Assembly (NCBI RefSeq): GCF_000737315.1
Contig: NZ_JMCB01000006.1
Coordinates: forward strand, 144,001-268,000
Direction: 5' to 3'
Length of the DNA stretch: 124,000 nt
DNA from: Hyalangium minutum
GTDB taxonomy: Bacteria > Myxococcota > Myxococcia > Myxococcales > Myxococcaceae
Under the pieces are notes generated by a model that was not told where the DNA came from, did not search any database, and saw only the letters and a program-made list of their open reading frames with translations. Below are positions 30,890 to 41,619 of this stretch, piece by piece. Position 1 is the stretch's first letter. Every line of letters starts with the position of its first letter. A program made the position numbers and the translations under genes.

Positions 30890-33800
30890 TCAAGCCGCCT
30901 GGCCGGTGAGCCCCGCGTGCGCGCGCTTCACGCCCTCGCGTATCAGCTCGCGCAACCGCTCCGGGTCGAAGGGCTTCTCCACCCGGGGGTTGCTCACCTG
31001 CTCCAGGAACTCCTTAGCCGCGGGGGTGTAGGCCCCCCCGGTGATGAACACCATGCGCCGGGCCTGCTCCGGCGCGGCCCGCACGAGCTGGGCGTACAGC
31101 TCCATGCCCGTCATCTCCGGCATCATGAGATCGCAGAGGATGACGTCGTAGTGGGCCTTGGGCGAGCACAGCATCTCCAGCGCTCGCCGCGCGCTCACCA
31201 CCACCTCCACCTCGTGGTCCTTCGCGAGCGTCCGCCGCAGCGCAGCGCTCACCAGCGGATCATCGTCCACCACCAGCACTTGGCCCCGCTCCACGGTGCC
31301 CGCCTGCACCGGAGCGCTGCGCTGCACCCGATCGAGCTGGCTGCTCGACCGGGGCAACGCCACCCGGAACACGGTGCCCTTGCCCACCTGGCTCTCCACC
31401 TCGATGCGCCCGCCCATCGACGTGACGAACGCATGGCACAGCGCCAGTCCCAGCCCCGTGCCCACGCCCACCGGCTTGGTGGTGAAGAACGGATCGAAGA
31501 TGCGCCCGAGCACCTCCGGCGGGATGCCGCAGCCCGTGTCCCGCACCTCCGCCACCACCTCGCCCTGGGCCCCGTGCTTGAGAACGAGCCGGACCTCGTG
31601 CTGCTCGGGCCTGCCCTCGGGCAGCGCCTGGGCTGCGTTGATGATGAGGTTGAGGAACACCTGCGACAGCCGCGCCTCGTTGCCCTCCACGGGCGGCACC
31701 TCCGCCGCGTACTCGCGCGTGAGCTGGGCCCTGGGGCGCAGCTCCCCTGCCGCCATCTTCGCCGCCGAGTCCATCACCGCCCGCAGGTCCACCGGCCCCC
31801 GCGCGTCATCGTCCTGGCGCGAGAACGTCTTCAAGTCCCTCACGATGCGCCGCACCCGATCCGCGCCCATGAGCGCCTCGCGCAGCACCTGGTGCATGTC
31901 GCGCAGGCGCTCGCGCAGCGGCTCGGAGGACTCCGCCAACTGCGCCAGCGTCTCCGTCTCCTCGCAGGAGTGCTCCAGGTTGGACACGATGTACGAGAGC
32001 GGGTTGTTGATCTCGTGCCCCACGCCCGCGGCCAGTGTTCCCACCGCCGCCATCTTCCCAGCCTGCACCAGCTGGACCTGCGTGGCGCGCAGCGTGCGCA
32101 GGTTGGCATCCAGCTCCTCGTTGGCGCGCGCCAGCTCCTGGGTGCGCTCCTCCACGCGAGCCTGCAGCCAGCGCTCGCGCCGCTTGAGCCGGCCCACGCG
32201 CCACGCGTAGATGCCTGCCGCCATCCCACCCGCCCCCAGCGCGCACAGCCCGTAGAACCACGCCGACTGGTAGAACCAGGCGCGCAGCACCACCTCCAGC
32301 ACGGCCCCGGGCGCCACCCAGTTGCCCGTGCGGTCCATCGCCTGCACGCGGAAGGTGTAGCGGCCCGGCGGCAGCCGCGTGTACGTGGCCACGCGCCGGC
32401 CCTCGGCCTCCACCCACGCGCGGTCGTGCCCCTCCAGCATGTACCGGAACTGCACCCGGGGAGCCCCCTCCTTCACGAAGGCGGTGAAGCGGATGTCCAC
32501 GTCCTGCTGCTCCGGCTCCAGCTCCAGCAGGCCACTCAGCGGCACCGGCTGGCCCTGCACCCGCACCTCCTCGATGCGCGGGTGCGGCGGCGAGTGCCGG
32601 AGCCGGACATCCTTCGTGTTCACCATCATCGCGCCCCGCAGGTTGGCGAACCACATCCGGCCATCCCGCGTCTCCCACCCGGAAGGCAGGCCCGCGTTGC
32701 ACTCGCCCGCGCGCATCCCGTCCCGCTCATCGAAGAGGACGCCGCTCACGCGCGGGAGCTTGCCGTCCGCCACCGCCTCCAGCTCGTGCCGGCTCACCCG
32801 CGAGACGCCCTTGTTGCTGCTCATCCAGAAGAAGCCCTCGGCATCCAGCAGCAGGTTGAAGATCGTCTCATCCGGCAGCCCCTGCGCGGCGGTGACCGAG
32901 GCGAAGCGCCCGTCCTTCCAGCGCGACAGGCCCGTGGAGGTCCCCACCCACAGCGTGCCGTGCGCGTCCACGAAGAGGCTCATGATCACATTCCCCGCCA
33001 GTCCCTCCTGGGTGGTGAAGCGGGTGAGCGTGCCGCGGTCGAACCGGACCAGGCCCTTCTTCGTGCCGTACCAGAGCACCCCTGACTCCTCGCGCACCAA
33101 GGCCGTGGCGGCGTCCGCGGGAGTCCCCTTCTCTGGCGGGTACAGCGTCACCCGCCCATTGCTCAGCCAGGCCAGTCCCTCCGAGGTGGAGAACCACATA
33201 TCTCCGTCCGGCTCGGGCACCATGGCGAAGATGACGGCTCCTGGCGGCATCCCCGACTCGGTCCCCAGCGGGACGAAGCGGCCCCCCTGCTGGTAATAGG
33301 CGCCGGAGGACGTCCCCACCCAGAGCGCCCCGTCCGAGCCCAGCGCGAGCGTGCGGATGCGGTCCTCCAACAAGCCCTCCTCCGCTCCCACCCGGCGGAT
33401 GACGCCGTCCTTCATGCGCTCCAGGCCCTGGGAATTCGAGGCCATCCACAGCGTGCCGTCGGGTGTCTCCAGCACCATCCGGACGTTCTCGAGAACCGAA
33501 CCCTCGGGCGCCCCGATGGGAATGAACGGGCCATTGCTCAGCCGATGCAAGCCATCCGTCCCGGTGCCGATCCACAGGTGCCCGTCGCGGTCCTCGAGCA
33601 GGCTGGCCACGAGCGCATGGGCGAGCTCCTTGGACGCGGTGACGGCGCTGAACGTCTCACCCGTGCGCCGCAGCAAACCCTGGTAGGTGCCGATCCACAG
33701 GTTGCCATCCCGGTCTTCGCGCAGCTCGCCCACCGCCACGTTCGGCATGCCCTGCTCCGGGCCGTACCGGGTGAACTGGCCCTCGCGCAGGGCGAGCAGC

Positions 33801-34546
33801 CCCTGGTTGGTGCCAATCCACAGCGTGCCCTCGCGCGACAGCCACAGGCTGAGCACGTAGAGCGGCTTGATGGGAGACTCCCCCGGCGGCAGGAAGAGCA
33901 TGTCCACCGAGTCGTCGGTGATCCGCGCCAGCCCCTGGCCCGCTCCCACCCACGCGCCGCCCGAGCCATCCACGACGATGGGGCCCGTGCCTTTGACAGG
34001 CAGCCCCTCGTCCACCGAGTACCGCCGCCATGCCCTCTGCCCCGAGCTCGGCGCCCGCATCACCCCCAGCGGCGAGCTGATCCACACATCCTGGCCGTCC
34101 GCCGCCAGCCCGACGATGGGGACGTTGGCCAGCGCGGCGGCCTCGGGGGGGCGGCGCAGCTGTCCTCTCTCGTAGCGGAACAGTCCCTGGCTGGTGCCCA
34201 CCCACAGCACCGCCGCGTCGTCCTCGACCAGTGCGTGGATTTCGCGCTGCCCCATCTCCGGCGAGGTGCGCTGATCAAAGGTGGTGAAGCGCGTGCCGTC
34301 GAAGCGCGCCAGGCCCTCGTAGGTGCCGAACCACAGGTAGCCGTCGGCTGTCTGCTCAGCGCAGAGGACGGAGTTCTGCGGCAGGCCGTTCTCGCTGCGC
34401 CAGCTCTCGTGGTTGTACTGGGAGAGGCTCCGGCCCGGTTCGAGTGCGAAGCTGGGTGTACCGAGACCCAGCGCGAGGACGAACCACAGCCCGAGAAGCC
34501 TTCTCCCACCCCGCCGCCCCTGTCTCCTTGTTCCCATGGCGAGCAT
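30890..34546 (-). CDS. Hybrid sensor histidine kinase (Reg_prop beta-propellers, Y_Y_Y, HisKA, HATPase, REC)
   Basis: Repeated LWIGT/GLxR propeller blades, YTRLPPGRYTFRV, GHEINNPL, FDPFFTTK..GTGLGL, C-terminal VILCDLMMP. Confidence 0.92.
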   Translation of the reverse strand: MLAMGTRRQGRRGGRRLLGLWFVLALGLGTPSFALEPGRSLSQYNHESWRSENGLPQNSVLCAEQTADGYLWFGTYEGLARFDGTRFTTFDQRTSPEMGQREIHALVEDDAAVLWVGTSQGLFRYERGQLRRPPEAAALANVPIVGLAADGQDVWISSPLGVMRAPSSGQRAWRRYSVDEGLPVKGTGPIVVDGSGGAWVGAGQGLARITDDSVDMLFLPPGESPIKPLYVLSLWLSREGTLWIGTNQGLLALREGQFTRYGPEQGMPNVAVGELREDRDGNLWIGTYQGLLRRTGETFSAVTASKELAHALVASLLEDRDGHLWIGTGTDGLHRLSNGPFIPIGAPEGSVLENVRMVLETPDGTLWMASNSQGLERMKDGVIRRVGAEEGLLEDRIRTLALGSDGALWVGTSSGAYYQQGGRFVPLGTESGMPPGAVIFAMVPEPDGDMWFSTSEGLAWLSNGRVTLYPPEKGTPADAATALVREESGVLWYGTKKGLVRFDRGTLTRFTTQEGLAGNVIMSLFVDAHGTLWVGTSTGLSRWKDGRFASVTAAQGLPDETIFNLLLDAEGFFWMSSNKGVSRVSRHELEAVADGKLPRVSGVLFDERDGMRAGECNAGLPSGWETRDGRMWFANLRGAMMVNTKDVRLRHSPPHPRIEEVRVQGQPVPLSGLLELEPEQQDVDIRFTAFVKEGAPRVQFRYMLEGHDRAWVEAEGRRVATYTRLPPGRYTFRVQAMDRTGNWVAPGAVLEVVLRAWFYQSAWFYGLCALGAGGMAAGIYAWRVGRLKRRERWLQARVEERTQELARANEELDANLRTLRATQVQLVQAGKMAAVGTLAAGVGHEINNPLSYIVSNLEHSCEETETLAQLAESSEPLRERLRDMHQVLREALMGADRVRRIVRDLKTFSRQDDDARGPVDLRAVMDSAAKMAAGELRPRAQLTREYAAEVPPVEGNEARLSQVFLNLIINAAQALPEGRPEQHEVRLVLKHGAQGEVVAEVRDTGCGIPPEVLGRIFDPFFTTKPVGVGTGLGLALCHAFVTSMGGRIEVESQVGKGTVFRVALPRSSSQLDRVQRSAPVQAGTVERGQVLVVDDDPLVSAALRRTLAKDHEVEVVVSARRALEMLCSPKAHYDVILCDLMMPEMTGMELYAQLVRAAPEQARRMVFITGGAYTPAAKEFLEQVSNPRVEKPFDPERLRELIREGVKRAHAGLTGQAA

Positions 34547-34700
34547 AGTGTCCAGCACAGAGGGCCCTCTCCGCAAAATAGGGGACAGGACAGCCCCCCT
34601 TGCCCCCCTATTCCCCGAGGCAGCGACGCTCTTCCCCCGGGGGGCCGCTGTGCGGACATGGGACCCCAGCGCTACAATCGCCCTCCGCCGAGGAGCCCCC

Positions 34701-35291
34701 ATGAGCCAAGCCGCCATCCTGTTGCAGGACCCCGCTCCCCCGAGCGTCCCCGAGGCGATCTCGAAGGGCCGCAGCACCCTCATCGGGTTCTCCACGCCGC
34801 GCCACTTCAACCCCGTCTCGTGGGTCGTCCGCCGCTTCACCAAGAGCGAGGCCAGCCACTGCTTCTTCCTCTACTGGGACGACGACTTCGAGTGCGACAT
34901 GGTGCTCGAGTCCCATGAGCTGGGCTTCCGGCTCATCACCTGGAAGCGCTTCGTGAAGAAGAACCGCATCATCGCGCTCGTGGAGCCGGCCCATCCGCTC
35001 GACAAGGGCTTCCTGCGGCTGGGCGAGTGGGTGGGCAGCGTGTACGACTTCGGCGGGCTGATCGGCCAGTCCGTGGTGCAGTTCGGACGCTTCCTGCAGC
35101 GCAAGTGGCGCAACCCGTTCCGGTCCTCGCGGGCCATGTTCTGCAGCGAGTCCATTGCTCGCTGCATGCAGTGGGCCGAGCACCCGGATGCCAAGAAGTT
35201 CTCTCCCAAGGAGACAGCGCCGCAGGACCTGCTCGTGTTCTACCGGGAGCCGGGCCGAGCGGTGCTCCTCGACATCCAGAAGTGGAAGTGA
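34701..35291 (+). CDS. Permuted papain-like (YiiX/YebB-type NlpC/P60) protein
   Basis: His precedes Cys: SHCFFLY ... YDFGG ... FCSESIA ... APQDL. Confidence 0.65.
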   Translation: MSQAAILLQDPAPPSVPEAISKGRSTLIGFSTPRHFNPVSWVVRRFTKSEASHCFFLYWDDDFECDMVLESHELGFRLITWKRFVKKNRIIALVEPAHPLDKGFLRLGEWVGSVYDFGGLIGQSVVQFGRFLQRKWRNPFRSSRAMFCSESIARCMQWAEHPDAKKFSPKETAPQDLLVFYREPGRAVLLDIQKWK

Positions 35292-35306
35292 GGTGTCTCG
35301 GCGGCT

Positions 35307-38084
35307 CTAGGGCTGCGGGACGATGACGAACGCCACACCCGGGAGGCTGAGGCCGGGCCCGGCGATGCGCAGGGTGCCTTCCACGCGCAGGATGTCCTGG
35401 GTGGACGGGTCCACCTGTTTGACGGTTCCGGTGATCTGCATGGCGTCGCCTACACCCGTGGGCGAGATGGGGATGGCGAAGGGCTGCATGCGCAGCGTGT
35501 CTCCATCCACGCGAGCCCAGACCTCCTGGCGCTGCTGAGCGCCGAAGCGCTGCGGGAGGATGCGCAGGGTGAGTCCTCCGGGCCTCGGCGCGTCGAGGGA
35601 CTCGAGCAGGAGGTCCACGGGCATTGTTCCCGAGGGCCCCGCCGGCACCTGAAGGGTCATCTTCATCGTCTTGCGCCACTGGCCTGAGGCGGGCTGGGCC
35701 ACAGTGAAGGAGGTGGAGCGCTCGCCCTCCAGCTCGCCTCCCGAGAGGAACGGCAAGCCTGGGCGTGCCCGGAAGGTGTAGCTCGCGCCGGGCGTGAGGG
35801 GCGCGGTGGGGACGAACTCGATGCGGCCTCCCTGGAGCTCCACGGTGCCGGGGACGTGCTGGCCCTGGGCGTCTTCGAGCACCACGTACTCAGCGGCCCA
35901 CTGCGCGGAGGTCTTCCCGGGCGTGCTGTCATCCACGGGCTCCGCGAAGGCCACGAACGGGCGGACGTCGGGGTACACACCTTGATTGCTGTCCGTGTCG
36001 GGCCAGATGCCGAGCGGTGCAGCACCCTTGGGCGTCAGCTCTCGGAGGAACTCGACGAGGTCCGCCCGCTCCTCGGAGGTGAGCGGCACCTGGACGTAGT
36101 CGAGCGCCACGTCCACCGCGTCCTCCAGCGTGCGGGCTTGTCCCTTCACGAAGTAGATACCGTGGCGGTAGGCGCCGAGCAGCGAGGGCACATCGGCGGG
36201 CTCGCCGGACTTGCCCTTCGGCAGGTAGGCCCGGCTGGTGTAGAGCGGCGGCACGTGGCAGCTGGCGCAGGTGGCCTTGTTCTCGAAGAGTGCCTTTCCG
36301 CGCAGGCCCGCTTCCGTGTAGCTGCCGTCGAGCCGGGTATGGCCCGTGGCCCTCGGGGCGCCGAGCAGCGACTCCAGGAAGGCCTCGAGCCCGAGCGCCT
36401 CCTGGGGCGTGACCGGTCTCGCGACGATGGACGAGGGCCCCTGGTAGCCGAAGTTGTCCGCGTTGGAGACGTAGGCTCCCCACTCGAGCGGAGTGGTGGC
36501 GGCCAGGAGCTGCAGCGGCCGGGCGTTGTGCCAGATGGACGGCCCGAAGCGCCAGATGAGCCCGTTGTTCTGCGTCTCGATGTGGCAGCTGGAGCAGGCG
36601 TGGTTCTGGGCGAAGCTGCCGCCTGGACGCGTGAAGACGCGCTCTCCGAGCGCCACGTCCGCCGGGCGGGGCTCCTCGGTGAGCTTCACGGTGGCACGCA
36701 CCTGGGCGTCCGCGCCGAGCACCCAGGCCTCGAAGGTCTGGAAGCAATGGACGGCCACGGTGCCCTGCGCATCGAGCGCCACGAGCTGCCGCGCGCCCGG
36801 CCCCACGGTGACGCGGGCCTTCTCAGCGAGCGTGGTCCGGTCGAGCGCCACCACGAGCTCGGAGGACTCGGCGGAGACCCACACGGTGTCCCCCACCACG
36901 AGCACACCCGCGGGGTTGACCACGTACCCGCCCGAGCCCGCCTGGCGCCACAGGTCCGCGCGCCGCAGGACCTGCCCGTAGCCAGGGCGCGCGGGATCGG
37001 CACCGACGACAACCACCTCGTGAACGAAGGGCTTGGCGTTGGCATCGGACTGGGAGGGCTCAGGGTCGCCATCGGTGGCGGCGATGAACAGCTCGGCGCC
37101 ATCGTCCGAGAGCGCGAGGGCGCGCAGATCGGCCGAGACGCCCTCCACCACGGTGTCCACCTTCAGCGTCTCGGTGTTGATGATGTGGACGTCCTGATCA
37201 TCCCCAGCCTTGTAGGTGCCGCGCGTGTCCTTGATGCGGTTGCCCGAGCGGTACGAGGCCACGAAGAGGCGCTTGCCCTCCGGAGACAGCACGAGGGCGC
37301 GCGGGTCGAAGCCGACGTCCACCCGGGCCACCACCTGGCGCTGCTCCAGGTCCACCACGGCCACCTGCCGCTGCGTGGCCAGGGACACGTAGAGGGTGCG
37401 GGCATCCGGAGAGAGCGCGAGGCCCGAGGGCTCGTCTCCGACCCAGAGCGCATCTTCCAGTACACCGCGCTCGCGGTGGATGAAGCCCACGGTGTCACTG
37501 CCTCGGTGGGCCACCAGGACGTAAGGCAGCGGGGCTCTCCACGCCAGGGCCGAGGGCCAGGCGCCCACGGTCACCTCGCCCACCTTGCTCCAGAGGCCAT
37601 TCACCTGGGAGATGCGCGACACCGTGTACGCAGCGCCGTTGGCGGTCCACAGCTCGTCGCCGACACGGGCGGCGCCGTACAGCGGGGTCAGGTAGTGGTT
37701 GCGGAAGCGCTCCGCCGGGGAGCGGGCGACGACGTGGAGCGAGAGCCGGGAGTTGTCCATCTCGCCCAAGCGGAAGGTGTAGTCGCCGGGGACGTCCGGA
37801 GTGAAGCGCGGCTGGGGACTGCCCTTCGAGTGGACGGTGTTGGCGCTGCCCTCCGGAGCCGAGAGGACCTGCCACTCGAGGGTGGAGGGGCACTCGTCTT
37901 TCTGGAGGACAGCGGGCAGGTAGAAGGTCTCGCCCAGGGTGTGTGAGCGGGGATTCTGGAGTGGGAGCGGAGCCTCGGCGCAGAGCGGCTCGGACTTCGG
38001 GGGCGCGTCGTCGTCGTCACAAGCTCCCAGGCTGAAGACGAGGGCCGCGGCGGCACAGAGCGGAATCACGATGCGGACTTTCAT
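35307..38084 (-). CDS. Lipoprotein with PKD-like domain, YncE-type beta-propeller, two c-type heme sites and Ig-like domain
   Basis: Lipobox LGAC; propeller repeats (VGFDPRALVLSPEG); CSSCH and CASCH; C-terminal FAEPVD..PTAPLTPGASYT Ig-like domain. Confidence 0.8.
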   Translation of the reverse strand: MKVRIVIPLCAAAALVFSLGACDDDDAPPKSEPLCAEAPLPLQNPRSHTLGETFYLPAVLQKDECPSTLEWQVLSAPEGSANTVHSKGSPQPRFTPDVPGDYTFRLGEMDNSRLSLHVVARSPAERFRNHYLTPLYGAARVGDELWTANGAAYTVSRISQVNGLWSKVGEVTVGAWPSALAWRAPLPYVLVAHRGSDTVGFIHRERGVLEDALWVGDEPSGLALSPDARTLYVSLATQRQVAVVDLEQRQVVARVDVGFDPRALVLSPEGKRLFVASYRSGNRIKDTRGTYKAGDDQDVHIINTETLKVDTVVEGVSADLRALALSDDGAELFIAATDGDPEPSQSDANAKPFVHEVVVVGADPARPGYGQVLRRADLWRQAGSGGYVVNPAGVLVVGDTVWVSAESSELVVALDRTTLAEKARVTVGPGARQLVALDAQGTVAVHCFQTFEAWVLGADAQVRATVKLTEEPRPADVALGERVFTRPGGSFAQNHACSSCHIETQNNGLIWRFGPSIWHNARPLQLLAATTPLEWGAYVSNADNFGYQGPSSIVARPVTPQEALGLEAFLESLLGAPRATGHTRLDGSYTEAGLRGKALFENKATCASCHVPPLYTSRAYLPKGKSGEPADVPSLLGAYRHGIYFVKGQARTLEDAVDVALDYVQVPLTSEERADLVEFLRELTPKGAAPLGIWPDTDSNQGVYPDVRPFVAFAEPVDDSTPGKTSAQWAAEYVVLEDAQGQHVPGTVELQGGRIEFVPTAPLTPGASYTFRARPGLPFLSGGELEGERSTSFTVAQPASGQWRKTMKMTLQVPAGPSGTMPVDLLLESLDAPRPGGLTLRILPQRFGAQQRQEVWARVDGDTLRMQPFAIPISPTGVGDAMQITGTVKQVDPSTQDILRVEGTLRIAGPGLSLPGVAFVIVPQP

Positions 38085-38181
38085 GGCGGCCCCTGCCATA
38101 AGAATCGGGCTCCGCCCCCGCCAACCTCCCGTTGCAGCCACAGTTGGCCTGAGGCCTCGCGTCCCATTATGAACAGGCCTC

Positions 38182-38547
38182 ATGCACATGAATCGACAGT
38201 GGATCGTGTCCCTCCTGGCCTGCCTCTTCCTCGCGGCGTGCTTCCCCAAGGCGGGGACGGTGCCTGGGCCTTTGTCTTCGGCGGGCCTCGAGAGCGCCCA
38301 GGCCCGGTGGCCCGGCACATCGGCCGAGGAACTCGAGCAGGGGCGTCAGCTCTTCTTGAACCACTGCAACTCCTGTCACTCCTATCCGGATCGCACCGCG
38401 TACAGCGAGGCGGAGTGGCCAGGACTGGCCCGGCGGATGGGAAAGAAGGCGGATCTAAAGGAAGCGGAGAGCGAGCTCGTGCTCCGCTTCATCCTGGCGA
38501 ACCGCTCCGAGCCGGCCGCTGCTCCGGAAGCCCCGGCCGCCCGCTGA
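38182..38547 (+). CDS. Small monoheme cytochrome c lipoprotein
   Basis: Lipobox LAAC, CNSCH, distal Met (RRMG). Confidence 0.8.
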   Translation: MHMNRQWIVSLLACLFLAACFPKAGTVPGPLSSAGLESAQARWPGTSAEELEQGRQLFLNHCNSCHSYPDRTAYSEAEWPGLARRMGKKADLKEAESELVLRFILANRSEPAAAPEAPAAR

Positions 38548-39972
38548 TCAGCGCACGGCCAGGGTCCGGCTGCGCCAGTCGGCGGTGCTCCAGCGCTGGA
38601 AGGTGCCCGAGTCTTGGGGGCGCCCGGCGGTCTTCTCGGGCATGAGCGTCTCGCGCTTGAGCACCTGGAAGGAGGACTGGATCTTCCCCTCCACGAGCAC
38701 CTCGCGCGCCACCAGCACCCGCGAGCCATCCGGGGTGAAGCCCGCCAGCTCCACGTAGCCCACGCCCGGCTCCGTCGTCGCGGGCGAGAGCGCGTCCAGC
38801 AGCCACCCGTCGCCTTCCTGGTGGAAGACCCACAGCTCCGTCCACCCTTCCAGGAGCTGCACCGCAACGGTGACAACTGTGCCCTGCGGCGACTGGCGGA
38901 GGGAGCCCGGCCACACCAGCCCATAGGTGCAGCGCTCCGCCAGAGGAGAAGCGGGGGCCTTCGGGTTGGCCGAGGCCTTCGTCGGATCCATCAGGCGCAG
39001 GCAGGTCTCCCCGGGCCGTCCCTGGGTCAGCTCGAGCCGAGGGCCTGCGCCGGGCTTCTCCGGAACCGGCACTGACGCCCAGCGCGAGGCCGCCACCCGG
39101 ACTGCCGCTACCGCGTAGGCGGAGCGATCCTCGTCCGCCAGCTCTGACTTCAGCACCCGCGCCAGCTCCTCCACAGAGCGCTCGCTCGCCTTCGCTCCCC
39201 GCACGGCCTCGCCCCGGCGGGTCCATTGGTAGGCCAGCGAGGCGTACACTTCGGCGCGCCGCAGATGGAGGCGATTGGCCTGCCACGCGGGGAGCTGAGC
39301 GGAGTCCACCTGTTCCAGGACGCCACTGCGCCACTCGTCGACGGCCTGGCGCTCCACCTGGCTCAAGGCGGGGTCCATGCACTCGGGCCGCGTCAGTGCG
39401 AGCGCCGCCCGGAGCCGCGCCTCGGGACTGCCGCCCATCCCGAGCACCCGGCGGAAGGCCTCGCCGTCGTAGCAGATGCGGGTTCGGCCTTCCTGCTCGA
39501 TGCTGAGGAGCTTCACGCCATAGCTGGCGGCCACGTCCAGGTGCGCGGCCAGGGTCTCGTCATTGGACTTCTTGGAGGAGGCCCGCCGGGCCAACCGGTC
39601 CGCCAGGGTGCCCATGGCATCGAAGAGCTCCGGGCCCACCTGCGAGGGGTTGGCCGCGCGCAGCAGCGCCGCCGTGTAGCCGATTCCCAGCGCCTCGGCG
39701 CCCGAGGTGTCCCGGAGGAACTCCACCACCGCCTGGAGCCGGGGCACGCTGGCCTCGTCCAGGGTGTAGACGCGGACCTGCTGCTGACGGATGTAGCCGG
39801 GGCGCTCCCGGCGGTGGTCATAGACCTGGAGGAAGCCCTGGCGCTCCCCTCGGACTTCGAGCCACTCGCCCTGCCAGAGCGTGGCCTGGCGGGTGGCGGA
39901 GTCCTGCGGGGCGGCGCGCAGGGGCGTCTGGTCCTGCACCACCAGCGCGAGCGTGAGAATCGTGGCGAGCAT
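38548..39972 (-). CDS. Secreted hypothetical protein with SH3-like N-terminal domain
   Basis: Short signal; LRAAP...LEVRGERQGFLQV...GYI SH3b-like pattern. Confidence 0.6.
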   Translation of the reverse strand: MLATILTLALVVQDQTPLRAAPQDSATRQATLWQGEWLEVRGERQGFLQVYDHRRERPGYIRQQQVRVYTLDEASVPRLQAVVEFLRDTSGAEALGIGYTAALLRAANPSQVGPELFDAMGTLADRLARRASSKKSNDETLAAHLDVAASYGVKLLSIEQEGRTRICYDGEAFRRVLGMGGSPEARLRAALALTRPECMDPALSQVERQAVDEWRSGVLEQVDSAQLPAWQANRLHLRRAEVYASLAYQWTRRGEAVRGAKASERSVEELARVLKSELADEDRSAYAVAAVRVAASRWASVPVPEKPGAGPRLELTQGRPGETCLRLMDPTKASANPKAPASPLAERCTYGLVWPGSLRQSPQGTVVTVAVQLLEGWTELWVFHQEGDGWLLDALSPATTEPGVGYVELAGFTPDGSRVLVAREVLVEGKIQSSFQVLKRETLMPEKTAGRPQDSGTFQRWSTADWRSRTLAVR

Positions 39973-39987
39973 GGCGGGGCGCTCCTG

Positions 39988-41301
39988 TCAGTACTCGCTC
40001 TGGGAGTTCTCGGAGCCGGACTCGGACTCTGACGGGCCTCCCGAGTGCGACGCCGACGCGGCGGGGGCGTTCGCGTACGAGGGCGCGGGGGGTTGCTGGC
40101 CGAGGAGGCCGCTGGCGAAGAACCCTCCCACCTGAGGCGGGGCGATGATGACCTGGATCTTGTCGGACAGCTTGTCAGCGAGGGTCTTCTGGATGAGGAG
40201 GGGGTTCTTGCTGATGAGGCTGGCGTCGCGGGCGAGCTGCTCGGAGGCGGCCTTGCCCGTCACCTCGACGCGGTAGGCATCGGACTCGGCGAGCTTGCGG
40301 CGGGCGTCGGCTTCTCCTGCGGCCTCGATGCGGCGAGCCTCGGCCTCGGCGCTGGCTTGGGTGAGGCGGCTGACCTTGGAGGCCTCGGCCTCCAGGCGGC
40401 GCTGTTCGATCTCCTTCTCCTTGAAGGGGAGGACGTGGCGCATGGCCTCGGCCTTGGCCTTGGCGGCGATGATCTCCTCGCTGGCGGCGGCCTCGGCGGC
40501 CTTCTCTCGGCGGACCTTCTCAGCCTCGGCGCTGAGGGCCGACTCCTTGATTTGCTTCTCCTTGAGCTCCAGCGTGTAGCGCATCTTCTCGGCGCTCAGC
40601 TCCTCGGCGAGCAGTGACTCCAGGCCCTGGCGGTACCGCTGGGGCAGGTCGACGTTGCCCAGGGTGATCGAGCGCAGGAGGACGCCATCGGCGGCCAGCA
40701 GGGGGCCAATCTCATCGGTGAGGGCCTTTTGGATCTCCCTGCGCTGGGTGGAGAAGATCTCCCGAACTGTGTGCTGGGCGAAGTGGCGGCGGAGCACGCC
40801 GTCGATGACGGGCTCGACGATCTCCCGGCCCACATCCTCCGGCATGGAGGCGGCCAGGGAGGCAACGCGAGACGGCTCGAGCGCGTAGCGGATGGTCACT
40901 TCGATGCCGATGGACAGGCCCTCCGCGGACTGGAAGGGGGCGGCGCCCTCGGCCTGGGTGCTGCGGCTGGGCTGGAAGACCTGGTCCTTCAAGCTATAGA
41001 GGTGGAGCCGGTGGACGTGGGGCACGAGCAGGGCCCAGCCCTCGCGCAGCTCCTGGCTGTTGCCGGTGAGCAGGTTCATCCGGATGCCCACCTGACCGGG
41101 CTCGATGAGGGTGACGGGGCGGGTGGAGACGGCCATGGCCACGAGGCCGGTCACCGTCAGCCCGGTGGCGATGCGGCGGCCGCGCGAGGTGAAGATGAGC
41201 CAGCGGACCTGACTGACTCCTGCGCCCGCGACGGCGCGGACTCCGAAGACGCTCTGCTTGATGACTGCACTCAGCTTCTCTTTGACGTTCTGCCAGTTCA
41301 T
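39988..41301 (-). CDS. SPFH/band 7/prohibitin family protein with long coiled coil
   Basis: TM anchor, IEPGQVGI, SAEGLSIGIEVTIRY, LRSITLGNVDLP, AEAE-rich coiled coil. Confidence 0.85.
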   Translation of the reverse strand: MNWQNVKEKLSAVIKQSVFGVRAVAGAGVSQVRWLIFTSRGRRIATGLTVTGLVAMAVSTRPVTLIEPGQVGIRMNLLTGNSQELREGWALLVPHVHRLHLYSLKDQVFQPSRSTQAEGAAPFQSAEGLSIGIEVTIRYALEPSRVASLAASMPEDVGREIVEPVIDGVLRRHFAQHTVREIFSTQRREIQKALTDEIGPLLAADGVLLRSITLGNVDLPQRYRQGLESLLAEELSAEKMRYTLELKEKQIKESALSAEAEKVRREKAAEAAASEEIIAAKAKAEAMRHVLPFKEKEIEQRRLEAEASKVSRLTQASAEAEARRIEAAGEADARRKLAESDAYRVEVTGKAASEQLARDASLISKNPLLIQKTLADKLSDKIQVIIAPPQVGGFFASGLLGQQPPAPSYANAPAASASHSGGPSESESGSENSQSEY

Positions 41302-41619
41302 TGGTGGTTGCCCTCTCCCGCGAGGGAAGGGCAATGCATGAGAGATACCCACCGCGTGGGCGGAGCGTGCCGGACGTGGGCGCTCGGAGCGCGTGAGGCG
41401 CGTGGCTGCGTGGACTCAAGCACTGTGGCTGGCGTGGCTCAGTGCCGCGCGCGGGTGCGTCCGGCAGACCGCGCTTCCAGCGCGGAGGGGGCTCACGCCA
41501 TGTCAAAAAATGCGAGTGAACTGGCGTGTGCTCTTGGCGGTCCTGGGTGGGCTCCTCCTGTCCGCGCACCCAGCAGCAACCCTGGATGTGCCAGACCGAC
41601 CTGTAAGCTCTAACCCGCC

